From Candidatus Omnitrophota bacterium (GTDB lineage Bacteria; Omnitrophota; Omnitrophia; Omnitrophales; Aquincolibacteriaceae), in the NCBI GenBank assembly GCA_016196545.1, contig JACPXM010000022.1:5064-69063 (forward strand): DNA of 64,000 nucleotides. Direction: 5' to 3'. The notes beneath the pieces are model-generated. The model ran no database searches, had not been told where the DNA came from, and saw only the letters and a program-made list of their open reading frames with translations. This document shows positions 19,203 through 28,333 of this stretch, one piece after another. How positions within the stretch are numbered: position 1 is the first letter of the stretch; every line of letters begins with the position of its first letter. The position numbers and the translations under genes were made by a program.

Positions 19203-19226
19203 TGGTCAATCCTCCTTAAAATAAAA

Positions 19227-20225
19227 TTAAGCCTCAACCCTAACTTGGGAAAACAGGCTGCTCACCGATTCGTTGCGGTGAATTCGTAGCATGGCGTCCG
19301 CCAGAAGCGGGGCCACGGACACTTGTTTGATTTTTTGAATACGGCTCTCAGGTGCAAGCGGAATGGAATTCGTCACAATCAATTCGCTTAATTCCGAATC
19401 CCGGATTTTTTCGGCGGCATTTCCCGCAAGAATGGGGTGCACAATGACGGCGTAGACCTCAAGGGCGCCGGCCTCTTTTAACGTGTGCACTGCCTCCACA
19501 AGCGAACCGCCTGTGGAAACCATGTCGTCGACAATCATGACATTTTTCCCTTTCACATCCCCGATAATATTCATCACATGAGTTTGAGTTGCGCTTTCGC
19601 GGCGCTTGTCCAAAATGGCAAAAGAGGAATTCAAAAAGCTCGCATACGCGCGGGCCATACGAATGCCTCCCACATCGGTAGAGACCACCACTACGTTTTG
19701 AAGGTTTTTGCGACGCATGTGATCGCCCAGCATATTGATTGAATAAAGATGGTCCACCGGAATGTCAAAAAATCCCTGAATCTGACCGGCGTGAAGGTCC
19801 ATGGTCAGCACCCGATGCGCACCCGCGGTAGTAATCAAATTTGCCACCAGCTTGGCCGTGATGGGAACGCGCGGCCTGTCTTTTCGGTCCTGACGCGCGT
19901 AGCCAAAAAAAGGCAGGACGGCCGTAATCCGTTTGGCAGAGGCCCTCCTGGCAGCGTCGATCAAGATCAAAAGCTCCATCAAATAATCATTGGGGGAGGT
20001 ACAAATCGATTGCAGGATAAAAACATCGCGTCCTCGAATATTTTCCCGGATTTGGACCTGAATCTCCCCTTCCGGAAAACGTCCCGCCAAAACATCTCCC
20101 GGGGCTTTCCCGAGGAGATCGGCGATTTCTTTTACCAACTCCGGATTAGAATTTCCGGCAAGAATGGTCAAACCATTCGTGTCATGAAGCTTTCCGCCGT
20201 TTAAAATTTTATCCAGTCCGAACAT
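19227..20225 (-). CDS. prs: Ribose-phosphate pyrophosphokinase
   Basis: 332-aa ORF with a PRPP synthetase signature (..DLHAGQIQGFFDIPVDHL.., ..VMIVDDMVSTGGSL..). Confidence 0.93.
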   Translation of the reverse strand: MFGLDKILNGGKLHDTNGLTILAGNSNPELVKEIADLLGKAPGDVLAGRFPEGEIQVQIRENIRGRDVFILQSICTSPNDYLMELLILIDAARRASAKRITAVLPFFGYARQDRKDRPRVPITAKLVANLITTAGAHRVLTMDLHAGQIQGFFDIPVDHLYSINMLGDHMRRKNLQNVVVVSTDVGGIRMARAYASFLNSSFAILDKRRESATQTHVMNIIGDVKGKNVMIVDDMVSTGGSLVEAVHTLKEAGALEVYAVIVHPILAGNAAEKIRDSELSELIVTNSIPLAPESRIQKIKQVSVAPLLADAMLRIHRNESVSSLFSQVRVEA

Positions 20226-20273
20226 AATTTCCTTTCAACTGCCCTTGCAAAGAGAGTTTTTCGCAATGACCGG

Positions 20274-21566
20274 CTATGAATGTTTCAATTTTCTTAACGG
20301 TTTAGCCGGAACACCCACCACAACGCCTCCCGCTTTAACTTTCGTTCCCTTTGTCAGAACTGCCCCCGCACCGGTGTGGGCCCCATCTCCAATTCGAACC
20401 GGAGCCACAAAAACCGTGTTCGAACCCACGAAGACCTTTTTTCCGATTTGAGTCTTGTTTTTATTTTTGCCGTCAAAATTCGCAGTAATCGTACCGGCCC
20501 CAATATTGGTTTCATCTCCGATCTCGGCATCTCCGAGATAAGCTAAATGCTTGGCTAAAACTTTACGGCCGATTTTAGAGCGCGAAACTTCCACAAAGCT
20601 CCCGATGACGGTGTTGGCCCCGAGGGTTGTCCCCTTGCGGATTTTCGAAAAAGGGCCGATTTGGCACCCCTTTCCAATAGAAACTCCAGACTCAATATAG
20701 CACCAGGGATAGATCACGGTGTCCGCGCCGATTTTGACCCCCGGTTCAATAAACGTTTGATCGGGTGAGACAAAGGTCACGCCCCGTTCTTGATGATTTA
20801 TAATTTCTCTGTTTTTCATCATGCGATGCGCCTCGCCCAAATCCCGGCGATCATTAATCCCTTGCGCTTCAGGGAGAGTCGCGAACGGAAAGGCCTCAAG
20901 CCGGCAACCCCGCGCGGCCAAAACTTCAATTGTGTCTGTCAAATAAAATTCGTTTTTTTGATTCGAGGGCCGAATTTCGGAAAGCCCTTTCCAAAGGGCG
21001 GCACTCTGAAAAAGATAAATTCCGGAATTGACTTCCTGAATTCTTTTTTCTGATTCCGAGGCATCAAGCTCTTCACGAATCCCAAAAAATTTTCCGCCAG
21101 CCCGTAGAATTCGGCCGTAACCGGACGGCTCGATCTGAAGCGAGGAAAGAACGCTCGCTTGGGGTTTGGCCTTGTGATGCGCCGCCAGAAATTGTTTTAA
21201 GGTTTCCAGCGTCACAAGCGGCATATCCCCGGGCCAAATCAGAATGTCTCCGGAATATCCGGAAAATTTGGGACGTGCCCTTAAAACCGCGTGGCCCGTA
21301 CCGCGTTGCTGTTTCTGAAACACAAGGGTAGGGGCGGGGTTTCTCCGCCCCGTTCCGGGCGCGGAAACCGCGTCCCTACGTTTTAAGAAAGAACGAATTT
21401 CATCTGCGCCGTGCCCCACCACGAGAACGATTTCCCGAATGCCCAGCTGTGCCAGTTGATCCAAAACATAAGCCAGCATCGGCCGTCCCATGACCGGATG
21501 CAATACCTTCACAAGGGAAGAGCGCATCCGAGTTCCCTTGCCGGCTGCGAGAACTACGGCACGCAT
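20274..21566 (-). CDS. glmU: Bifunctional UDP-N-acetylglucosamine pyrophosphorylase / glucosamine-1-phosphate N-acetyltransferase
   Basis: 430-aa ORF with the N-terminal LAAGKGTRM nucleotidyltransferase fold and C-terminal hexapeptide-repeat acetyltransferase. Confidence 0.92.
   Translation of the reverse strand: MRAVVLAAGKGTRMRSSLVKVLHPVMGRPMLAYVLDQLAQLGIREIVLVVGHGADEIRSFLKRRDAVSAPGTGRRNPAPTLVFQKQQRGTGHAVLRARPKFSGYSGDILIWPGDMPLVTLETLKQFLAAHHKAKPQASVLSSLQIEPSGYGRILRAGGKFFGIREELDASESEKRIQEVNSGIYLFQSAALWKGLSEIRPSNQKNEFYLTDTIEVLAARGCRLEAFPFATLPEAQGINDRRDLGEAHRMMKNREIINHQERGVTFVSPDQTFIEPGVKIGADTVIYPWCYIESGVSIGKGCQIGPFSKIRKGTTLGANTVIGSFVEVSRSKIGRKVLAKHLAYLGDAEIGDETNIGAGTITANFDGKNKNKTQIGKKVFVGSNTVFVAPVRIGDGAHTGAGAVLTKGTKVKAGGVVVGVPAKPLRKLKHS
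21328..21379. repeat. GC-rich double-hairpin segment inside glmU, bounded by GTAGGG / CCCTAC
   Basis: GTAGGGGCGGGGTTTCTCCGCCCCGTTCCGGGCGCGGAAACCGCGTCCCTAC holds two hairpins (GGGGCGG/CCGCCCC and CGCGG/CCGCG). It encodes about 13 residues (..AVSAPGTGRRNPAP..) that have no counterpart in E. coli GlmU as I recall it. Confidence 0.45.
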
Positions 21567-21575
21567 CGTGCAACC

Positions 21576-22517
21576 TCAACCTTTGATGCCCGTCAGCTTA
21601 ATCCCTTCCACGAAAAATCGCTGATTGACCATAAAGACAATCAAAATCGGAAGTATCATCATCACGGAAGCCGCCATTAAAAGCGTCCAATCCGTGTTAT
21701 GAAGGCTTTGAAAATAAGCCAAGCCCACGGGCAGGGTGTATTTCGTTTGGGTGTTAATGACGATCAAAGGCCACATAAAATTCATCCACGTTCCCATGAA
21801 AGTAAAGGTCGTCAAAGTGGCCAAGGCCGGCTTTGAAAGCGGCAGAATAATGCGCCAAAAAATCCCAATATAGGAGCAGCCATCGATTTTGGCTGCGTCT
21901 TCCAAATCTTTGGGAAGTGTCAAAAAAAACTGGCGTAACATAAAGGTTCCGTAAGCCGTAAAAATGCCGGGCAAAATCAGCGCTTTATAGGTATCAATCC
22001 AGCCTAAATGCTTCAGCAAAATAAAAACCGGAATCATCGTAACTGCGCCAGGGACCATCATGGTTCCAAGATAAGCAAAAAAAACTTTATCCCGGCCCGG
22101 AAACTGTAATCTTGCAAACGCGTACGCTGCCATTGCGCTCGTAGCGACCTGTCCAAAGGTCACGCACAAGGCCACGAAAATGGAATTGAGATAAAATCTC
22201 GCGAAAGGCACCACCTGCCAGGCCTTGACATAATTTTGCCAGACAAAACTCGTAGGAATCCATTCTTCCCACCAATTCTTTTGAAAGGAAAAAACAGCGC
22301 CCGGGGCCTTCAGGGAAGTTGAAACCATCCACAGAAAAGGACCTACCATCGTCAAGGCCCCCACCGTCAACACGATCGTGGCGAGGGTCTTGTTTAAAAT
22401 TTCCCGGCGCTTTTTGCGGGCTTTTATCGTTTCAAGGGTCAGTGCTTTGGCAATGGCCTTGGCTTGTACATAAGCCTGAATTTCCGACGTTTGATGAAGC
22501 GCTTGAAGGGCTGCCAT
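21576..22517 (-). CDS. Carbohydrate ABC transporter permease (MalG-like)
   Basis: 313-aa ORF with 6 TM and a binding-protein-dependent transport EAA loop (..DLEDAAKIDGCSYIGIFWRIILPLSKPAL..). Confidence 0.85.
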   Translation of the reverse strand: MAALQALHQTSEIQAYVQAKAIAKALTLETIKARKKRREILNKTLATIVLTVGALTMVGPFLWMVSTSLKAPGAVFSFQKNWWEEWIPTSFVWQNYVKAWQVVPFARFYLNSIFVALCVTFGQVATSAMAAYAFARLQFPGRDKVFFAYLGTMMVPGAVTMIPVFILLKHLGWIDTYKALILPGIFTAYGTFMLRQFFLTLPKDLEDAAKIDGCSYIGIFWRIILPLSKPALATLTTFTFMGTWMNFMWPLIVINTQTKYTLPVGLAYFQSLHNTDWTLLMAASVMMILPILIVFMVNQRFFVEGIKLTGIKG

Positions 22518-22540
22518 AAAATAATCTAGGGTGAAATTAA

Positions 22541-23446
22541 TTAATGATAATGAACCGTTTTACCAAACACCCTCCACTGAAGGAGGGTAAAAATGAAAAC
22601 AATAATAAAAAGAATCCACGCAAGCGCCGCGGCATAGCCCATTTTTTGCCATTCAAAAGCATTGTTATAAAGATAGTAAATTAAAGTCGTCGTGGACCCG
22701 TTCGGCCCTCCGCCTGTCATCACATAGGCCGGATCAAAACCGGCCTGAAAACCGCCGATAATGCTCATGATGGCAATAAAAAAAGTTGTGGGCGAAATTT
22801 GCGGCCAGGTCACAGCCCAGAATTTCTGCCACGCGTTCGCGCCGTCCACCTCCGCTGCGTCATAAAGATCACGAGGCACTCCTTGAAGCGCGGCCAAATA
22901 AAGAATCATGTTGTAGCCGCCTACGGTTTGCCACACACTCATCAGAATAAGAGCGGGCTTGGCCCAAGCTTCGTCGGTCAGCCAATTCGGACCTTTAAGG
23001 GTAAGTCCGAGCGTATGTCCGAGATTGGCAATCAGCGTGTTTAAAATACCGAATTCCGGATTATAAATCAGGCGCCACAACATATAGATTGCAACGCCCG
23101 AACAAAGTGTGGGCAAAAAATAAACCGTACGGAAAAAGACAATCCCCTTTAACTTTTGGTTCATGGCGATGGCTAAAATTAAAGATCCGCCCATGCTTAA
23201 AGGAATTGCGAGCATCAAATAAAGGGTATTAAAACAATATTTCCAGAAATCAGGGTCCCAAAAAAGTTCGATGAAATTTTTAAACCCGACCCAACGCGGA
23301 GGCGTCAACAAATCCCAACTGATAAAACTCAGTGCAAATGAAGCCGCCACGGGAATGGAGGTAAAAATCATAAACCCCAAAAAATTGGGGAACAAAAATC
23401 CGTACGCGGTGACGGTTTCTTTCTGGGAATTGGTCAAAGACTTCAT
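22541..23446 (-). CDS. Carbohydrate ABC transporter permease (MalF-like)
   Basis: EAA loop ..[27 protein letters not shown]... I prefer ATG at 23446 (MKSLTNSQ..), which forms an ATGA overlap with the clpX stop. The track start at 23524 lies inside clpX. Confidence 0.83.
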   Translation of the reverse strand: MKSLTNSQKETVTAYGFLFPNFLGFMIFTSIPVAASFALSFISWDLLTPPRWVGFKNFIELFWDPDFWKYCFNTLYLMLAIPLSMGGSLILAIAMNQKLKGIVFFRTVYFLPTLCSGVAIYMLWRLIYNPEFGILNTLIANLGHTLGLTLKGPNWLTDEAWAKPALILMSVWQTVGGYNMILYLAALQGVPRDLYDAAEVDGANAWQKFWAVTWPQISPTTFFIAIMSIIGGFQAGFDPAYVMTGGGPNGSTTTLIYYLYNNAFEWQKMGYAAALAWILFIIVFIFTLLQWRVFGKTVHYH

Positions 23447-24699
23447 GCGGATTTGATCCAGAGGCTGCTGCGGACAAGCTGAGGCGGTTCTTTGCCTTCC
23501 ACGACTTCCTTCGTAATAACACATTCAGAGACATTGGTTTCAGAAGGCACGTCATACATGACATCCAGCATTAAACTCTCCAGAATCGAGCGGAGCGCGC
23601 GCGCGCCGGTGCCTTTGCGAATGGCCCGTTTGGCCACTTCGGCAAGGGCCTCTTCAGTAAAACGCAGGGAGACGCCTTCCATGGTAAAAAACCGCTGGTA
23701 TTGTTTGATTAAAGCATTCTTGGGTTCCGTCAAAACTCGGATCAAGTCAAGTTCACTTAATCCATGAAGCGTGGAAATTACGGGAAATCTTCCGATGAAC
23801 TCGGGAATCAAACCAAATTTTAAAAGATCTTCGGTGTCCACCAAAGCCAGCGTCTCTCCCAACGTGCGCTCAACGGTCCCGATGCCTTCGCGAATCGCCC
23901 CAAATCCCAGAGACTTGTTGGAAACACGGCTTTCGATAATGCGTTCCAAATGGGCGAAGGTGCCGCCGCAAATAAAGAGAATATTCTGCGTGTTGATCGG
24001 AATATATTCCTGCTGGGGATGCTTGCGTCCGCCCTGCGGCGGGACATTGGCAATGGTCCCTTCCAAAATTTTCAAAAGCGCTTGCTGCACGCCTTCGCCG
24101 GAAACATCTCGGGTGATCGAAACATTTTCGGAGGTCTTGGCAATTTTATCGATTTCATCAACATAGATAATGCCCAGCTCGGCGCGCTTCACGTCAAAAT
24201 TGGCGGCTTGCAAAAGCCGCAGGAGCACATTTTCCACGTCCTCGCCGACATAGCCCGCTTCGGTCAGTGAAGTCGCATCGGCAATCGCAAAGGGAACATC
24301 TAAAAGTTCGGCGAGCGTGCGGGCAAAAAGGGTTTTCCCGGAACCCGTGGGACCGATTAAAAGAATATTGCTTTTTTCGAGCAGGACATCGCTTGCGGAA
24401 TTACCGCGGTCTTTAATGCGTTTGTAGTGATTGTGAACGCTGACAGAAAGCTGCTTTTTGGCGCGCTCCTGGCCAATGACATACTGATCCACTTTGGCCT
24501 TGATTTCGCGAGGCTTCGGGACCACAAGGCCCTCTGAGACATCATATTGTTTGACAGTGGAAGTTGCGGTCTCTTTGGTTAAGATGTCCGAACAAATCCG
24601 GATGCAAATATCGCAAATATAAACGCCGGGCCCGGAGAAAATCTTCCGAACCTCTTTACGCTTATCCCGCCCGCAAAACGAACACCGTTCCGTGATCAT
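23443..24699 (-). CDS. clpX: ATP-dependent Clp protease ATP-binding subunit ClpX
   Basis: 418-aa ORF with an N-terminal C4 zinc finger (CSFCGR..CDICI) and AAA+ core ([25 protein letters not shown]). Confidence 0.96.
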   Translation of the reverse strand: MITERCSFCGRDKRKEVRKIFSGPGVYICDICIRICSDILTKETATSTVKQYDVSEGLVVPKPREIKAKVDQYVIGQERAKKQLSVSVHNHYKRIKDRGNSASDVLLEKSNILLIGPTGSGKTLFARTLAELLDVPFAIADATSLTEAGYVGEDVENVLLRLLQAANFDVKRAELGIIYVDEIDKIAKTSENVSITRDVSGEGVQQALLKILEGTIANVPPQGGRKHPQQEYIPINTQNILFICGGTFAHLERIIESRVSNKSLGFGAIREGIGTVERTLGETLALVDTEDLLKFGLIPEFIGRFPVISTLHGLSELDLIRVLTEPKNALIKQYQRFFTMEGVSLRFTEEALAEVAKRAIRKGTGARALRSILESLMLDVMYDVPSETNVSECVITKEVVEGKEPPQLVRSSLWIKSA

Positions 24700-24778
24700 A
24701 AATGGGAGTTCCCCTTAAAATTGTATTTTTTAACTTCCTGCGCCCTGTATTCTCATATAAAATACCGCTTCACTTCAT

Positions 24779-24849
24779 TGCCCGATGGTGAAATGGTATC
24801 ACACCGCCCTTTGGAGGCGAGGTTCCTGGTTCGAGTCCAGGTCGGGCAG
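24779..24849 (+). tRNA. tRNA-Gln (anticodon UUG)
   Basis: Hand-folded cloverleaf. 7-bp acceptor TGCCCGA/TCGGGCA with U1-A72 and G73 as in bacterial tRNA-Gln. D stem GTGA/TCAC, anticodon loop CTTTGGA, T arm CCTGG-TTCGAGT-CCAGG. CCA is not encoded. Confidence 0.85.
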
Positions 24850-24870
24850 TTTCCCTCTTGGGAAACTACT

Positions 24871-24905
24871 GCACCGGGAAAGTTTAAGGAAAACTTTCCC
24901 GGTGC
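24871..24905. terminator. 15-bp perfect hairpin between convergent tRNA-Gln and ispE
   Basis: GCACCGGGAAAGTTT-aagga-AAACTTTCCCGGTGC. No clear U-tract on either strand. A smaller GTTTCCC/GGGAAAC hairpin lies at 24849-24866. Confidence 0.5.
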
Positions 24906-24942
24906 TGCAGCGTAATCTTACAAAACTCCGCTCAAATGCATC

Positions 24943-25821
24943 TTAATAACTAGAACAAACTAGAACTTTTTTTGAAGGAAAAATTCGTCTTAGCGACTTG
25001 GCGATTAAAATCGCCTGTCTTTTTGCGTCCGCAAGGACAAAAAAAGTCGGGCCGCTTCCCGACATTAACACATCCTGAATCCCTTTTTGGAGAATTTTCG
25101 CTTTGATATTTCGAAGTTCAGGCCTTAAAGCGAAAGCCGGTTTTTCCAGATCATTGGCAAGTCGTAAAGCGTATTGTTTCAATCCCTTGCGCTGAAAAAA
25201 GTTGCAAAGGATTTTAACAGTACGAAGCTCCTTTGTCAAGGAAGCGCAGGGGCGGGCTTGGGCAAATTTCCCATAGACTTGCTTCGTTATAAGCCTATAG
25301 GGTGAAATAATTAAGACAAGCCATAGCTTTTTGGTGCTCGGTATTGATCGAAGCCGATCGCCCCTGCCTGTTCCTATGGCCCGGGGGACCTCTTTCAAAA
25401 AAAAAGGGACGTCCGCCCCAAGTCTTCGGCCGATTCTAAAAAGGCTATTTTCAGAACCTTTCAGCCCATAAAGCCTTTTCATGCCGAGGAGAAAAAAGGC
25501 TGCGTTACTTGATCCCCCTCCGAGCCCTCCGCCGATCGGAATGTGCTTGGTGAGCCGGACTTTCACGCCTCCCATTTTGGGATATTGCCTTTGAAGAAGC
25601 CGGTAGGCCCTTGTGATCAAATTATCTTCGCCTACGGAAAGCGCAGGCTCACTGGCCGAAAGTGAAAAAACTCCTGGCGCGGCCTTGATAAGCCGCAGGC
25701 TGTCTTTTAAGGAAATGCGCTCAAAGAGCGTCACAAGGTCATGATAGCCGTCCCGACGACGGCCTAGGACTTTCAAATAGAGATTAATTTTGGCAGGACT
25801 TTTAAGCGTGAGGGAGTGCAT
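24943..25821 (-). CDS. ispE: 4-diphosphocytidyl-2-C-methyl-D-erythritol kinase
   Basis: 292-aa ORF of the GHMP kinase type (..SPAKINLYLKVLGRRRDGYHDL.., ..IPIGGGLGGGSSNAA..). Confidence 0.9.
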   Translation of the reverse strand: MHSLTLKSPAKINLYLKVLGRRRDGYHDLVTLFERISLKDSLRLIKAAPGVFSLSASEPALSVGEDNLITRAYRLLQRQYPKMGGVKVRLTKHIPIGGGLGGGSSNAAFFLLGMKRLYGLKGSENSLFRIGRRLGADVPFFLKEVPRAIGTGRGDRLRSIPSTKKLWLVLIISPYRLITKQVYGKFAQARPCASLTKELRTVKILCNFFQRKGLKQYALRLANDLEKPAFALRPELRNIKAKILQKGIQDVLMSGSGPTFFVLADAKRQAILIAKSLRRIFPSKKVLVCSSY

Positions 25822-25828
25822 AGAAAAT

Positions 25829-25938
25829 CAAAAGTCAAAAGTAAAAGAAAAATCTGTCGGTCCAGGCTTGCCTTCGCCGGAGCGGCGCTTCGGCGAAGGA
25901 TGACAGATTTTACTTGTTACTTGTATTTTTGACTTTTG
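25829..25938 (-). other. Long imperfect hairpin (~110 nt) between the bS22-like ORF and ispE
   Basis: Outer helix CAAAAGTCAAAA (25829-25840) / TTTTGACTTTTG (25927-25938). Middle helix AAAATCTGTC (25849-25858) / GACAGATTTT (25902-25911). Apical GC helix CCTTCGCC (25871-25878) / GGCGAAGG (25892-25899). Confidence 0.6.
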
Positions 25939-25950
25939 CCTTTTGACTTC

Positions 25951-26049
25951 TTAAGACCAGGGCTTTTTCTTATGCCGGTTTCGGCGCAATTTTTTTTTGC
26001 GCTTATGTTTATTCATCTTCTTTTTGCGCTGTTTTCGTGCCCAAGGCAT
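25951..26049 (-). CDS. Small basic protein, bS22 / AURKAIP1-COX24-like (32 aa)
   Basis: Not in the ORF track because it is shorter than 60 aa. It reads ATG..TAA = MPWARKQRKKKMNKHKRKKKLRRNRHKKKPWS, with GGAGG 6 nt upstream. The pattern R-K-x-M-x-K-x-K-x-R-K-x-L-R-R-x-R matches mycobacterial bS22 ([25 protein letters not shown]..) as I recall it. Confidence 0.65.
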   Translation of the reverse strand: MPWARKQRKKKMNKHKRKKKLRRNRHKKKPWS

Positions 26050-26108
26050 GACGACCTCCGGTGGAATGAAAAATTAAATCATTGGATCAAATTTTAAATT
26101 TTGACTTA

Positions 26109-26984
26109 TTATGGAATTACTTTGTTCAAGGGATATTCGATGATTCCCGAAGCCCCCGTTTTTTTAAGCTCCGGGATAATTTCGCGAACCACGGCTTCGT
26201 CGATGATAGTGTCGACGTCAAACCAGCCCTCCTCGGAGAGCGTGGAAATCGTGGGTTTTTTAAGGGCAGGCAGGATTTTCAGAATTTTTGCAAGATCCTT
26301 GTTTGCCACATTCATTTTAAGCCCCACTTTTTGCTGTGCCCGCACCGCGCCTTCCAAAAGCATCACAAGATTTTCCATTTTTTTTCGCTTCCACTCCTCT
26401 TTATAGCTTTTGTGGTTGGCGATGAATTTCGGCACCGAGGTAATCAGCGTGTCGATAATTTTTAAGTGATTCGCCCGCAGGCTCGAGCCGGTTTCCGTTG
26501 CCTCGACAATGGCATCGGCCAGGCGCGGGGGCTTCACTTCGGTCGCACCCCAAGAGAATTCGACCTCGGCTTCCACCTTGTGTTTTTTGAGATATTTTTT
26601 AGTCCCGTGGACGAGTTCCGTGACAATTTTTTTGCCCTCGAGGTCTTTGACGCTCTTATAAGGGGAATCTTCATGAACGGCTAAAACCCATCTCACGGGA
26701 TTCGTAGTGCGTTTGGAATACTGAAGTTCACAAAGTTCTTTGACATTGGATTCGTTTTCAAGAATCCAGTCATGGCCCGTGAGGCCGCAATCCACCACGC
26801 CGTCTTCAATATAGCGGGACATTTCCTGGGGGCGGAAAAGGATCACCTCAATTTCTGGGTCATCAATGGAAGGGAAATAAGAGCGGGCATTCACGCTGAT
26901 GGAAAAGCCGGCCTTTTTAAAAATCTGATAAGTGGCCTCTTCCAAACTGCCCTTCGGCAAAGCAATTTTAAGTTTACAAGACAT
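26109..26984 (-). CDS. hisG: ATP phosphoribosyltransferase, long form
   Basis: HisG catalytic domains plus a C-terminal regulatory domain. ATG at 26984 gives [14 protein letters not shown]... The track start at 27023 is a TTG 13 codons upstream. Confidence 0.88.
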   Translation of the reverse strand: MSCKLKIALPKGSLEEATYQIFKKAGFSISVNARSYFPSIDDPEIEVILFRPQEMSRYIEDGVVDCGLTGHDWILENESNVKELCELQYSKRTTNPVRWVLAVHEDSPYKSVKDLEGKKIVTELVHGTKKYLKKHKVEAEVEFSWGATEVKPPRLADAIVEATETGSSLRANHLKIIDTLITSVPKFIANHKSYKEEWKRKKMENLVMLLEGAVRAQQKVGLKMNVANKDLAKILKILPALKKPTISTLSEEGWFDVDTIIDEAVVREIIPELKKTGASGIIEYPLNKVIP

Positions 26985-27009
26985 AGGATTGGAAATTCTA
27001 TCTTTTTGC

Positions 27010-27038
27010 TTGAGGGGTGTCAACTAGGGGCTTATACT
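27010..27038 (+). promoter_or_regulatory. Candidate sigma-70 promoter of the ZIP transporter gene (near-leaderless)
   Basis: TTGAGG (27010-27015), 17 nt, TATACT (27033-27038). Only 10 nt separate it from the ATG at 27049, and there is no SD. Confidence 0.35.
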
Positions 27039-27048
27039 TTTCTCTTCT

Positions 27049-27789
27049 ATGGATTTTACTTTGGCTCAAAGTTTGGCAGCCTATGTCAGTGCGGGACTTG
27101 GCGCCGCACTAGCGGTTTCCATCGGAGTTTCTCACCGGCAGCTTTGCGCACTGATCAGTTTTGCCGCAGGGACTTTGCTTTCGGTCACCCTTTTTCATAT
27201 TCTTCCCGAGGCGAAGGAAAACGGCTTGTCTGTGGCCTCACTGGGTTTCGCCTTAGCGAGTGGCTACGGATTGTTTTTTCTCATCAGCCGTTATGTGTTT
27301 CACGTATGCCCTGCCTGCGCCGCCTCCCATTTTGAGCATCAAAGCGAATCAAAATTCAAGAATATTTTCTTCCTCCTCGCCATTGCCCTCACGATTCATA
27401 GCATTATGGATGGAATGGCCATCGCCTTAAGTCCTCATATGTCTCAGGGCGCCGCAGACCCTTCCTTGTTTTTTACCGTCGCTATTCACAAAATCCCTGA
27501 AGGACTTGCCCTGTGTGCCCTTCTCATGAAATCAAGTTTCAGCCGAACCAAGGCCCTCCTGGGAACCTTGGCCTTTGAGCTATCCACTCTCCTGGGGTGG
27601 ACGATTGGACATGGAATGATCGGACTTGAAATGTCTGTCTCATGGCTGAATCTTGTGATGGTTCACATTGCCGGGGGATTTGTTTATCTCGCCTTTCACG
27701 CTGCCATTAATGAAATTCGCGACCATTCTCCTCGCTTTATCCTAAGCTTCTTTCTGCTCGGTCTCCTCTTTATGGCCCTCGTGAGATAA
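27049..27789 (+). CDS. ZIP family metal (zinc) transporter, ZupT-like
   Basis: 246-aa polytopic ORF with the ZIP signature HKIPEGLAL and His-rich segments. Confidence 0.85.
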   Translation: MDFTLAQSLAAYVSAGLGAALAVSIGVSHRQLCALISFAAGTLLSVTLFHILPEAKENGLSVASLGFALASGYGLFFLISRYVFHVCPACAASHFEHQSESKFKNIFFLLAIALTIHSIMDGMAIALSPHMSQGAADPSLFFTVAIHKIPEGLALCALLMKSSFSRTKALLGTLAFELSTLLGWTIGHGMIGLEMSVSWLNLVMVHIAGGFVYLAFHAAINEIRDHSPRFILSFFLLGLLFMALVR

Positions 27790-28089
27790 CTGCGGTTGGG
27801 TTTCCTAACATTCCTTCTATTCCTTTTTTTAATGTAACAAACCTAAAAATGCCCTCTTATCAATTTCTTCCAATTCATAGCATTTCCGAGAAGGCCTCAA
27901 TTTTTGGGATCAGCGGGTTTCAGAACTGATTTTCAACCTTCAAAATCTATTTTAAAGACTCAGCGCTAGCACGCGTTTTCTCAGGGTATTGCAGATCGCA
28001 TACTCCACAGGTATGTTTCAGTACAAGAAGGGAAAGAAACGAGAACTAAAATCAAGGAATCTACGAAAAGATAAAAAAAAGGATAAAAA

Positions 28090-28296
28090 ATGAATCCTAT
28101 GGACGGAAGTATCGGAAACGAGAAAAAGGAAATATTAACGCCCCGGGAAATCAGCAAACTGCTGTCCATTCCACTTTCCACGGTTTATAAACTGACGGCC
28201 CAGGGAAAATTCAAGGCAACCAAAGTCGGAAAACACCTTCTGCCGTCGGACAGCTTTTCTGCGCCTTTATTTTTATCCTCTATTTTATCTACCTGA
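28090..28296 (+). CDS. Small helix-turn-helix protein, excisionase/MerR-like HTH with atypical C-terminus
   Basis: 68-aa ORF. LTPREISKLLSIPLSTVYKLTAQGKFKATKVGKH resembles the excisionase-family HTH (..STVYRL..G.L.A.KVGR.). The sequence after KVGKH departs from the usual WRF motif. Located in an AT-rich, otherwise non-coding gap. Confidence 0.45.
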   Translation: MNPMDGSIGNEKKEILTPREISKLLSIPLSTVYKLTAQGKFKATKVGKHLLPSDSFSAPLFLSSILST

Positions 28297-28333
28297 CCCG
28301 CTAAGGCCGACATCTTCCCACGACATAATAACA

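Noticed and set aside
18393-19289. 298-aa plus-strand ORF, the longest unexplained ORF in the track
   Set aside because: It lies entirely antisense to the well-supported pth, rplY and prs genes. The sequence is F/R/H-rich and low-complexity with no recognisable motif, and there is no SD. This is a typical shadow ORF.
26091-26102. ATTTTAAATTTT downstream of hisG, identical to the loop of hairpin 2 of the repeat
   Set aside because: It is a short AT-only 12-mer in an AT-rich spacer, with no adjacent stem sequences. It is most likely a compositional coincidence.
27981-28181. 66-aa minus-strand ORF in the AT-rich gap
   Set aside because: It is antisense to the HTH ORF, is a hydrophobic artefact of an AT-rich/T-rich strand, and has no SD or motif.
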